A stretch of DNA of 64,000 bases, taken from contig NC_068987.1 of assembly GCF_001194135.2 (NCBI RefSeq), forward strand, positions 89,216,640 through 89,280,639, given 5' to 3'. The translations under genes were made by a program, and so were the position numbers. Each line of letters opens with the position of its first letter. Position 1 is the first letter of the stretch. The stretch comes from Octopus bimaculoides (Eukaryota). Below the pieces are notes generated by a model, which worked only from the letters and a program-made list of their open reading frames with translations, had not been told where the DNA came from and made no database searches. Below, piece after piece: positions 1 to 11,251 of the stretch.

Positions 1-1249
1 AGTTAACTGCTATTTCTAGATTGAGTGACCTCATAAAGCAGTCATGGGCAACTTGTGTCTTGCAGGACTTTCTGAATGGCACATCCAATGGACAATTGCC
101 TTTTTTTTTTATCCCCCCCCCCGCCCCTTCTTTAGTAGTGCAGCCTGCTTATTGATGAGGCATATTTCATGGGGCCCACATCTTGTAAAAAGTTGTCCAC
201 ACCTGATATAGAAACTCCCATGTCAGGGTGTGTAGACCTGTGTATTCTTCCCTTGTGATGCTTCTAATTTCAAAGATTCTAAAATTACTAATCTCTGGAG
301 ATTCCAATTCCTCTGCAACAGGTGTTCACCAATATTATAAGCAACGTGGTGGGGTTGGGGGAGTAAAAAATACTTTTTTACTATTTTTGCATTATTGTTG
401 TTGTTTCTTGTCCCCACTAAGACAAACTGTTTGTTGCTCATGTGATAGCAAAACGTTCATCTGATTAGACTAAATTGAATGGAATTTGGATGTGAATTCT
501 TCATATGGAAATAGGTTCTTCACTTGTTTCTGACTGGCTATTCTTGGACACTATCTCGAAGGGTTTAGTTAAACAAACTGATCTCCATACTTTGTTTATT
601 TTCAATAACTGGTACTTAATTTGTCTCTTTTGCTGAACTGCTAAATTATGGGCACATAAATAAACCACTGGTTGTCAGGCAGTGTTGGGGAATAAACATA
701 TCCATATATGTCACATGTCAAGCACATTCTATCAGTGTATGTGTGTAAGATTGATTTAACAGTTTCTGTCCATTAAATTCATTCACAGGGCAAACATTTT
801 TTTCTCAAGCTTCAAATGTAGGTGTTACTTTGAAAAAAAAAATATTCATAACTTTGCTAAACAAAATCACATTTTTCTGTGTTAGGGCCTTATAAGCATT
901 GCAACTTAGACAATCTTCACATTCCCAGAATCACACAGAAAAAAGAGAAACTTGTCTTGTAGACAAAATCACGTGGCCATTTGTAGTTTAAAATGTACAC
1001 TGGAAGAAATCCCATTTTTACTGGTAAATTCATCTCCCACCATAACACACACACACACATATAGTATCTGCCAAAGTCACAACAACAAATTATTTTTCTT
1101 CTGTTTCTTGTGTCCACAACTTGGAAATTTTGAATATGGTCTGATTTCAGTCTGCAAAGGAGTTGTTACTAAATTGTATCACCATAGATTCCTTGGCTGA
1201 AGTTATTCAAGAGTAGGCTAGGAAAAAGGCTAATATACCTAATATACAA

Positions 1250-1800
1250 AGCGAAAAGGTGACTTTAAGGAAGCACTTGCCAATGTGTGGACCATCATTT
1301 TATCCCTCAACCAAGGTAAAGCGTACAGTACTGTCTGCCTGACTTTCATGACAGATAATGAAACCCAACATCAAATGGAAAAAGCGTGAAACCTTCATCT
1401 ATTGGCTTAGGCTTCTGCCTCAGCAAGAGGCCAACATAACTGTCAGGAATATTGGTAGTGGCATTGACCCTGATTTGTTATCTTTGTAATGGAATATGGT
1501 TGGGTTAACAGGAATGGTATGGTTAAAGGATAACATGGTCTTGCAAGTCCTCTGAATCTCCAAGATCTCAGGAGATCTGTGTGCTAATATGGCTGCCGAG
1601 ATAAAAATGAAGCCAATTGTGCAGGTGTTATACTTGTTGCAGCAAAAGCCACTTAAGAGCTTTTTGCTCTGGAAACACAGGGAAAAGAGCCACAATAAGT
1701 TCCAAAGACCATCTTCACAACAATAGCTCTACTAGTTGTAGCTCTGAAAAGAACAAAAGATTGATCTATCCTTAGTCTCAAGTGGACAATACCAAAGCCT
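1250..1800 (+). pseudogene. Possible decayed DNA-transposase C-terminus with Cys-rich (CXC-like) tail
   Basis: Stop-riddled translation contains NLHLL, VMEYGWVNRNGMV, a YGC motif and RCYTCCSKSHL..FCSG, reminiscent of the GW...CxC...C arrangement of animal transposon-derived proteins; weak. Confidence 0.3.
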
Positions 1801-3720
1801 TACCAGACTTTGGCAGTACCACTTCATCCATGTGCTAGGAAGAGGATCAAACGGAGGTTGAGATGAAACTAGCAAATTGTTAGAGAAGAAACGAGAGATA
1901 AAATCACTGAGCTCAAAGACAATCAACCAGTGGATAGACAGGTGGATGGATTGACTGATCAGGAATATCTAGAAGATGGAACTTCTATACAGATCATACA
2001 ATTACTCTATGAATGTGCAAAATATTTTTGCCCAGAATATATGGTGGGACCCTTCAAGATCAAAATCAATGAAGAAATACTGGGTACATTTTGAAGGTAC
2101 TGGCATTCTAATATAACAAATGCCTAGTGGTCAGTCATGGGACATGATGACACTATCTAATTAGTGGGTTCTCACTTTGTATGTGGATGAAGTCCACTCA
2201 GCTGGCAAAAATGAGTAGTACCTGTATTTCATAGAACCAGCATTATCACACTCTGTGTCACGCTGAATCTCCCTGAGAACTACGTTAGGGGTACACATGT
2301 CTGTGGATTGCTCCGTCACTTGCACGTTAATTTCACAAACAAGCTGTTCTGTTGATCGGATCAACTGGAACCCTCAGTGTCGTAAGCGATGGAGTGCTCC
2401 TCATGTGGATGAGGTACCTTAAATGTTTGTCATGCTTTGTGTTTTATATACCATATTTGATGATATACAAGACACACTTTTCCCCAAAAATTACCCTGGG
2501 TCCCATATGCAAAATTAGGCCTATTTTACATGCTTTAAAACTTTTTATGCTTAAAATTGTGGTGCATTTGATATGCTTCGGCTTCTTTTATGCTAGGAAA
2601 TAGTAATTTCATGTTCTCTATTTTTATCATTTTTAATATGTTCAGAATATAAATATCTTGACTTCACCCTTCAGTTTTATATAACTTGGTCTTGTCTGTC
2701 TCCACATGGTTTATAACTCACCTCACCCCATGCTGTAACATCTTGTTATATATATGAGCCCTTGTGGCTAATAAAAAAAATATTACTATTTTTATTCATC
2801 TCTTGCTGTAAACATAGATTCTCCAATTTGTCATGCTATGATCTCTCACTCCTCCTCCTTTCTTCCTCTCTCTTTTGAAGTTCTGCTGCTTGTTTGATTC
2901 TTATCAGAACTGCTTTGTGTTATAAAGTCTATTCTTAGCCTGCTTCTCTATCTTTGCTACAGTGTTTCTATCTTTACCCACTTAGAGATATATATCATCC
3001 AGCTCTCATTCAAAACAGATCATATTGCTCTTTTTCTGTCTCTTTTACTTCAGCTGACAAACAATTGATACGTCAGTGATGTTTTATTAGCTCTCGTTAT
3101 TTCTCTAATTGAACACATTCAGTTTGTTCACTACTTGTCTTATCATATATATACATGATCTCAAGATCATAAAGTAGTTTTTCTGTCCATAAACCTCTTC
3201 TGACTCGTACAACAAGCTCAAAATGCTGTGTTTTCCCAACTATTACAGAAAGCATCTCTTTTTAGATGACTGCATTTTGTCTTTAATTGTGTACTGGAAG
3301 AAATACAGTAGTCATATGTAATATAAGCGCAATGTCCGGATTGGGAGGTGAGGGACAATTGATCCAACGGACCTCACTCCTTGGTTGATACTTAAGTTTA
3401 TTGACACTATAAAGGGGAAAGTCAAAATTGATCCTCAGTGGATTCAAACTCATTGTTTTTAAACATTCACTTTTCCTTGCTGGTATGGGTTGGACAGAAT
3501 TTGTCGAGGTAGATTTTCCACAGCTAGATGCCTTTCCTGTCACCAACTCCCACCTGTTTCCAAGCAAGTCAGTATTTCCCCATGGCCAGACATGTTTTTC
3601 GTATTAGATCGGAACGAACAGCATCACTTGTATGACAGCAAAGTTCATTTACAATTATCAAACGACAAGATAAGAGTATACACACCATGTAATGGGCTTC
3701 GTTCAGTTTCTGTCTGCCAA

Positions 3721-3933
3721 TGGTGGCGAGCTGGCAGAAACATTAGCACAATAGGTGAAATGCTTAGCGGTATGTTGTCTGTCTTTATGTTATGAGTTCA
3801 AATTCCGCCAAGGTCGACTTTGCCTTTCGTCCTTTCGGAGTCGATAAATTAAGTACCAGTTGCATACTGGGGTCGATCTAATTGACTGACCCCTTCCCCC
3901 AAAATTTCAGGCCTTGTGCCTAGAGTAGAAAAG
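3721..3933 (+). mobile_element. tRNA-derived SINE family B
   Basis: GGCGAGCTGGCAGAA..TTAGCA head, GAGTTCAAATTCCGCC B-box-like, GGTCGACTTTGCCTTTC.TCCTTTCGG core, tail GGCCTTGTGCC..AGTAGAAA. Confidence 0.8.
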
Positions 3934-4499
3934 TTTCTGTCTACCAAATTCACTCACAAAGTTTTGGTTGGCCTAGAGCTATAGTTTAAGACATTTGCCC
4001 ACAGTGCCGCTCATTGGGACTGAACCCAAGATCACATGGTTGGGAAGCAAAGTTTTTAACCACGCAGCCATGCCCTTACAACTCTGCTGTACAATAATAA
4101 TGTTATATATGTGTGTTTGCATGTTTGCACGTATATATGTGCATGTATATGTTTATGTGTAGTGTCTGATATAAGGCCTGGAACAACCAAAGTGTCACTA
4201 CCCTTCCTCCTCAGACAAATTAAAATATCTAGGAATGTTTTGATTGGCCTCTCCGTTGATAATTAGGTCTGCTTATATAGCAGTACAGATTCTTTAATTA
4301 CTTACTTGGTTGTTGAGCTAAACCCTATCTTTTTCTCTTAACGCTGGCCAAACTATCTCCTGTCACACATTGTTTATTGCATGTATTAATTAGAGAGATT
4401 ATGGATGACAATTAATTGCTGGACAAGGGCTTAAATTAAAACTCTTGTCGTCATTGCCCACTGACCACAACAAAACAAATTATATCCTGTTTTCTATTT

Positions 4500-6300
4500 C
4501 AAACCTTTCACTGTAATTAATTTGCTAATTACTTGTGTTCTTTTCAAAGTTGTCCTTCGTGTTTTTATGTGTATATGACAGCTGTTCGTTTACTTTAGTT
4601 AACATTCCAAAATATTATTTATCCCGCCTTCAATTGAGGTCAATTCGTCGTTTATTACCAGAACATAAGGCATAAAAGCAACACTGCTTCATAGCTTGTC
4701 TTTCTTTTTCTGATACAAGTTACTCTTATATAACTGAAAGCGAAAACATTTCACACGTGGAAACAAAATGGTTCATATCAAATAATTTTATTGAAGTATT
4801 GTTTTTCCACTTCATCCCATTGTACTTTTCAAGAGTTATTGTATCCAATATAACCTAGCTTGCCCGGGACAGATTGCGGGCACTCCTCCTTTTGGAAAAA
4901 TAACATCCTTATCAATTGAAGTAGGTCAGTTTACATGCAGTCATACTGAAGCATGCAGTTGTATCTTTAATGTGATTTCTGGCCCCGTAAGTAAAAAACA
5001 AAAACAAAAAGCGATTTTTTTTTTTTGAAACTTCGTTTTTAATGTTTTAATTGTGTGTAATATTATAATCGATGTTCAATTTAATGTCAAAGCTTCTTTA
5101 AATTAATTATATATTTTCAGTTTTGATGTTTCAATTTTATTTATCTTGAAACTATTTCGGGTTGGGTGAGAAAATAAGTTACATGTTCTTTCTCATGCGC
5201 CCTGCATAGGATATATATCTATATATGTGTGTGTGTGTGTGTATGTATGTATAGTAATGTTTATTGTTTTTTTTTTATGTCTGGTTATTTTAAAAAATCA
5301 TTTGACATTTCTTCAGTTTAGAAATGCTCAATACTGTTGAATACATATTAAACTTTTACAAAATTAGCAGGCGGAAACTTCGAAGTCGCTGTCACCTCTC
5401 TTGTAAAATTACATTTCTCCCTTTTTTAGAGTTTTATATAAATTGGAAGAAAAAAAAGAATTCTTTTTACAGAAAAAATTGTTGAATAATATAGGGTCCC
5501 TCTATTAACCTCAGATCATTTTAATTGTGAAAATTGTTGATAATGAAAAGGCTTTTTTTACATCCTTTTACTGTTATTTTAACCCTGTTGGGGTCGATTT
5601 TGGATCTTTTAAAACATTTCCCAATCACTTGCATCAAATCAATTTTTCACCGTCTTTTTTTTTTTTTTAATTTCTACACGGATGTAGTTTTGCGTTTTGT
5701 TGATAAAAATCATATTCGTTATTACAGTAAAAATTATTATTAATAATAACGATAATAAAAAGATAGAAAAAACAATGATTTTCGTCATCAGCATTGTAGA
5801 ATGGTGGGAGTGGAGAATCTGAAAATTTGAAATCCTTCAAGTGGTTGGGTGAATTTTGAAAAAGATCCTCCTTTTCGTCTTTCAACACTTTCAGATCGAT
5901 AAATTATGACGCTTCTGCTGACTGTTTGATCTTTCGTCTGAGAGAGAGAATACGTTTTTTAAGAATTTCCCAAACTCACAAACAAACATTATCACCAGTT
6001 TCTTCAGACACTTTATTATTATTATTATTAACTTAACTATCTACATGAGTTATGCACTTGGACTGTATTTGGTTGCTCTTATCTCTTCGTTGAGAAGTTT
6101 TGACCCTGAGCTAATGCAAAAGTCATACGTTCATATATAACAGCGAATGTTATCATGGTTGTAAACACACACACACACACACACACACTCTGTTTACAAT
6201 TCTCGAGAATGACAAAGTTTATAGGTATATTTTTTTCTACTCTAGGCACAAGGCCCGAAATTTGGGGGACGGGGGCCAGTCGATTAGATCGACCCCAGTA
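4500..6300. promoter_or_regulatory. CpG-retaining region, candidate promoter / first exon(s) of the RASSF gene
   Basis: Unique (non-SINE) sequence here has visibly more CpG than flanking introns; strong + strand donor CCC|GTAAGT at 4986/4987. Confidence 0.4.
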
Positions 6301-6316
6301 CGCAACTGGTACTTAA

Positions 6317-6668
6317 ACCTTGAAGGGTTTAGTCGAACAAATCGTTCCCAGTTTTCTTTGTCGATAGTCTGTTACTAATCTATCGGGGGCGAAGGTAAAG
6401 AATACGCACACCACCCACTTACAACGTTTAGGGTTAGGGTTACGCTACAAACGGGTGGTGTGCGTATTCTTTGCCTCCGCTGCTATCGAGTACTTCTGCA
6501 CAACCGCTAAGCTACCACGGGATTCTACAGTTTCCTTCTACTGAATTCTCTCATAAGGCATTAGTCGGCCTGCTGTGTAATAGACGCTTGTGCAAGGAGC
6601 TGCGCAGTGGGACTGAACCCGAAACCACATGGTTGTAAAGCGAGCTTCTTAACCACACAGCTATGCCC
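6317..6668 (-). mobile_element. SINE family A, diverged, interrupted by a small inverted-repeat insert
   Basis: Head at about 6600-6668; body recognisable on both sides of 6389-6480. Confidence 0.65.
6389..6480. repeat. 28-bp inverted repeat enclosing (TTAGGG)2.5
   Basis: gcgaaggtaaagaatacgcacaccaccc / gggtggtgtgcgtattctttgcctccgc; TTAGGGTTAGGGTTA at 6428-6442. Confidence 0.75.
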
Positions 6669-8127
6669 CAAAATTTACTAAATGGAATAAATTAGGAAAA
6701 CAGTTGCATCCAAGGAAATCAGTGATGTTTTACGTTAGTAATAAGACTTACAAATCGTCCAAACTTTGGAATAAATGTTGTCTTTTAGCAGAACCTTTTT
6801 GCTGTGAGGAAGAAAAGTGTAACTTTCTGTGCAGAAGCCATCACGGTGATGTCCCACCGTGCCCTACCTGGAACATTACCACCCTCCCCCATTAGCTCCT
6901 TCCTTTCTCTCTGCTTCACCTCCTCACATCAAACACTATTCACTATTTGCCCCTACTGGCAGTAACATAGCTAATTTGCGCCACTCAAGGCAGTCTTTAA
7001 GTTTTCCACCCCACCTCTTATACATGCGTATACAACAGACCCAAAAGTGCCGCCTGAAGGCGGATCGCACTTATTAACCAGACCTCCCCCCCCACTTCCT
7101 GCCTATGCAACCGGCCATCCATCACTAGTTTCTTGGATTCTGTTCTATAAAAGCAATATAAACATTCAAGAGCTGACTGCTGGTTTATGTACTCTATACC
7201 CGTGTAGACATGTATTCTGTTGCATACTGCCAATATGGTTTACAATATACATACATCGTGTACAGAAGTGCAAACACTGTATTTGTTTTAGCTCCTCTTA
7301 TTTACAGTATCCTTTACCTGTTTAAATGCAAGATACTCCATGTAGTCGTTCGACCTGCTAGAAATAACAGCCAAATCTCAAGATCACACTGGTGACCTCA
7401 TCAGTGGTGGGGCCATGAAAAACACACCCAGTACACCTGTCAGGTGGATGGGATTAGGGAGGGCATCCAGCTGTAGAAATCATGCCAAACATGACATTGG
7501 TGCCTGACACAGCTCTACAATTTGTTAGTTCCTGTTAAACTGTTCAGCCCATGCCTGCATGGAAAAGGAGACTTCAAATGATGATGATATATTGTGTATA
7601 AGCCATTTCCCCCTGCCCTGTTTCTTCAGCAAGAAATATTCTAGAAGTTTCAGGGAATTCAAGCATTTATTGAAATACGTAGCTGATGGTATGATAACAC
7701 TATGATAAAAATCAGTTTTTAAATAAACTACCAGTTGTAACGATAACAATGAGAATGTTAGAGTGAATAGTTTTACCATATGAAATTAAGCAAAGCTGGA
7801 TAATACTGGTTTCCAGTTTGCCTTTTTGCAACTAATCTCAAGGTAAATCAAGTAATCGACTTCTCAGGATAAACATTTACTTTCTGGAGACTTCATCAGC
7901 TCTGGTTTAGCCCCATTTGAGTAGACCTATGATTAAAGGTATTCCACCCTTAATCATTCCATGTTATTCTAAGACAACAATCTAGAACTATATTATCTGT
8001 TGTAACCTTCTTTTATTAAGACAGTAAATTGTAGTCTGGTGTTCATTTGGTTGTTATTTCTAACAAGTCAAGTGGCCCATGTAGATGTTCCCTGACTGGT
8101 TCATTCACAGGACTTTTTTTGTTCTGT

Positions 8128-8527
8128 GCAGGCGTGGCTGTGTGGTAAGAAACTTGCTTCCCAACCACATGATTTCGGGTTCAGTCCCACTGCATGGCTC
8201 CTTGGGCAAGTGTCTTCTACTACAGCCTCGGGTTGACCAAAGCCTTGTGAGTGGATTTGGTGGACAGAAACTGAAAGAAGCCCATTATGTGTGTGTGTGT
8301 GTGTATATATATATGTGTGTGTGTGTATTTCTGTGTTTGTCTCCTGACCATCGCTTGAGAACAGTTGTTCGTGTGTTTACGTCGCCATAATCTAGCGGTT
8401 CGGCAAAAAAGACTGATATAATAATAAATACTAGGCTTACAAAGAATAAGTCCTGGGGTTGATTTGTTCGACTTGAGGTGGTGCTCCAGCATGGCTGCTG
8501 TCAAATGACTGAAACAAATAAAAGACA
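8128..8527 (+). mobile_element. tRNA-derived CORE-like SINE (family A), full length
   Basis: tRNA-like head GGCTGTGTGGTAAG...GGGTTCAGTCCC, CCTTGGGCAAGTG core, internal (TA)/(TG) tract, tail ...ATGACTGAAACAAGTAAAAG; many copies in the window. Confidence 0.85.
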
Positions 8528-8617
8528 TAAAACAATATAAATATGGTATCAAAGATAATCTCTGCATCATTCTTATTTTTAAAAATTCCTCCAAAACTTT
8601 GATAAAAATCAGTTTTT

Positions 8618-8789
8618 CAGTTCTATATTTAAGAGATGAGGAATTATTTACATTATTTACATTTGACGGATATTTGTCCTCATCTTGTTTGTTGTTAACA
8701 CAACGTTTCAGCAGATACACCCTCCAGCCTTCATCAGGTGTCTTGGGGAAATTTCAAACCTGGGCTCTCATTCCTAAGGTATTTTTCGA

Positions 8790-8836
<47 letters not shown>

Positions 8837-9062
8837 TCACTGCCTGGAATAGAACTCAGAATCTTGGTTAGTAGCCCATGCTCTTAACCACTACCCCCCA
8901 AGATTCCGAGTTCGATTCCAGGCAGTGACCTGAATAATAATAATAATAACACCGAAAAATACTTTAGGAATAAGAACCCAGGTTTGAAATTTCCCCAAGA
9001 CACCTGATGAAGGCTAGAGAGTATATCAGTAAACAAGATGAGGACAAATATCCGTCAAATGT
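8618..9062. mobile_element. Family E SINE as a head-to-head foldback (- copy 8618-8895, truncated + copy 8896-9062)
   Basis: The two halves are reverse complements; 12-bp direct repeat aaatcagttttt at 8606-8617 and 9063-9074. Confidence 0.85.
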
Positions 9063-10716
9063 AAATCAGTTTTTAAATAAACTTTCACTAATAATAACAA
9101 TGAAGAGACTTTCAAGTGAATAGTTTTACCATAAATACAGGTCTAGTTGTGTGGTTAAGAAGCTTGCTTTGCAATCATATGGTTCCAGGTTCAGTCCCAC
9201 TGTGGAGCTCTTTGAGCGAATGTCTTCTGCTATAGCCCTGGGTCAACCAGTACCTTGTGAGTGAATTTGCTCAAAGGAAATTGTGTAGAAACTTGCTATA
9301 TGTGTGTGTTTGTGCCTATACTATTCCACCACTACTGTTTGGCAACCAGTGTTGGATTGTTTATGCCCCTGTGACTTAGTGGTTCAGCAAAAGATATGGA
9401 TAGAATAAGTATCATTATCACTTAACATGCATTGTCCATGCTGGCGTGGGCTGGGTGGTTTGACTGGAGCTGGCACGCTGGAAGGCTGCACCAGACTCTA
9501 GTCTGTTATGGCAGCTTTTCTATGACTGGATGCCCTTCCTAATGCCACCACTTCGAGAGTGTAACGGGTGCTTTTACGTGCCACCGGCAGACTTTTAAAG
9601 AAGTACCATGGGTGATTTGTTCAGCTAAAATCTTTCAAGGAGTTGCTCCAACATGGCTGCAGTCCAATAACTGAAACAAGTAAAAGATAAAAGATATCTA
9701 ACCACTCCAAAGTTATACACCACTGTTGTCATTCAAGTTGGTCTGAGAAACTATAAAAGCTAGAAAGCTTCACATATTTTGTGAATGATTGCTGTAAAAA
9801 GAAAGAAAAGAATCTGGTTTGAAAATGTTAATTACACAGCCCAGCTCTTAAAATTTAAAAGTGCATAACCTTGCTGAAAACAAGTTATATTATGTTAGGT
9901 ATTCTGCAGTTTATACTGAAACAAAAGAAATATTTTCTCATACATGGCAGGACATAAGTGAACAGTTCATTTCATTTTGTTCTACATTTATATCAACTGA
10001 CTTCATTGTGTCATAAATGCTTTCTAATATATAGATTCGTTTTTGTTATCTTAAGAGCACTTGTAATCTGGATAAACAGATCTTTTATATTTTGTTTTGT
10101 CTGAGAGATCTACTGACAAATTACTACACACACACACACAACCTCTTATGAAGTTAATCTATTTGTTCTTTGTTTTGTCTTTTCCTTTCTAAACTCTTTT
10201 TAACACCAAACTTTTGGACATTGTTTGTATTTCAATCAAAATCTCATACAATGTATAATATCATGTGATTTCTGTTGTTCAACACTGACATGGTATACCA
10301 GTGTATTAAAGCTGATCTGCAAAACCTCCTAGCTTAGTCGTTAGGGTGGTGCACTCATGATTGTAAAACTAGTTTCAATTTCCAGCCAAGGCAATGCATT
10401 GTGTTCTTGAGCGAAACACTTTCATTTCTCATTGCTCCAGTTCACTCAGCTGTAAATGAGTTCAAACTATTGTTGAAAAGTTCACCTTGTGACAGACGGG
10501 TATCTTGTTTAGAGGGCAGTGTTGTAATCTCAGTCACTCACACACCTTGGAAACTGGGTTAAACTTGGCCTCATGTGACAGACCGAAGAAAGTTGATGGT
10601 GCTGGTCATATTTTACTCTCCCCGTTCTTTTCTTCTTCAAAACTTTTGATTCAATTGAAACACTTACACAATGTACTCATTGCAAATCTGGTCACAAATG
10701 AATTAATACTTAACAC

Positions 10717-11095
10717 GCAGGAGTGGCTGTGTGGTAAGTAGCTTGCTTACCAACCACATGATTCCAGGTTCAGTCCCACTGCGTGGCACCTTGGGCTAGT
10801 CTTCTACTATAGGCCCGGGCCAACCAAAGCCTTGTAAGTGGATATGGTAGATGGAAACTGAAAGAAGCCTGTCATATATATGTTTGTGTGTCTGTTTCCC
10901 CCCCCCCCCAAAAAAAAAACTTTGCTTGACAACCGATGATGGTGTGTTTACATCCCCGTAACATTAGCAGTTCAGCCTGAGAGACCGATAGAATAAGTAC
11001 TAGGCTTACAAAGAATAAGTCCTGGGGTTGATTTGCTCGACTAAAGGCGATGCTCCAGCATGTCCACAGTCAAATGACTGAAACAAGTAAAAGAG
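10717..11095 (+). mobile_element. SINE family A, full length
   Basis: Same head/core/tail as 8128-8527; ends about 80 bp before the RASSF exon at 11176. Confidence 0.85.
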
Positions 11096-11175
11096 TATAT
11101 ATGTATATGTACCTGATGTATTCTATTACTTCTTTTGAGTGCATTTCTGAATATAAACTTTTATTTATCTTTCAG

Positions 11176-11251
11176 ACAAGATATATTGGAAAAATTCCAG
11201 TTGTACAATGCTTTCTATGAAGGCAAACGAGGTTGCTTAAGTATGGATCAA
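11176..11251 (+). CDS. RASSF2: RASSF2/4-like exon (QDILEKFQLYNAFYEGKRGCLSMDQ)
   Basis: ttatctttcag acceptor, CAA|GTAAGT donor, phase 2 in and phase 0 out; matches the YNxYYEG block. Confidence 0.88.

Noticed and set aside
5667-5888. 73-aa - strand ORF with a plausible-looking N-terminus
   Set aside because: No usable splice donor, it degenerates into low-complexity F/I/N sequence, and no homology was recognised.
6046-6141. Short signal-peptide-like ORF (MSYALGLYLVALISSLRS...) as the RASSF first exon
   Set aside because: The only phase-2 donor is non-consensus (GTCATA), and a signal peptide does not fit a cytosolic RASSF.
6428-6442. TTAGGG repeats as a telomere or fusion site
   Set aside because: Only 2.5 units, enclosed in an inverted-repeat insert; reported as a mini-element instead.
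7860-7905. CTGATGA...GAAA on the - strand
   Set aside because: No stem II pairing and no stem I or III closure, so not a hammerhead.
8220-8720. 166-aa ORF and similar ORFs at 40570-41088, 46393-46685, 49191-49379 and 60438-60689
   Set aside because: They are translations of SINE families A and E. The same peptides recur at each copy and show no protein motif.
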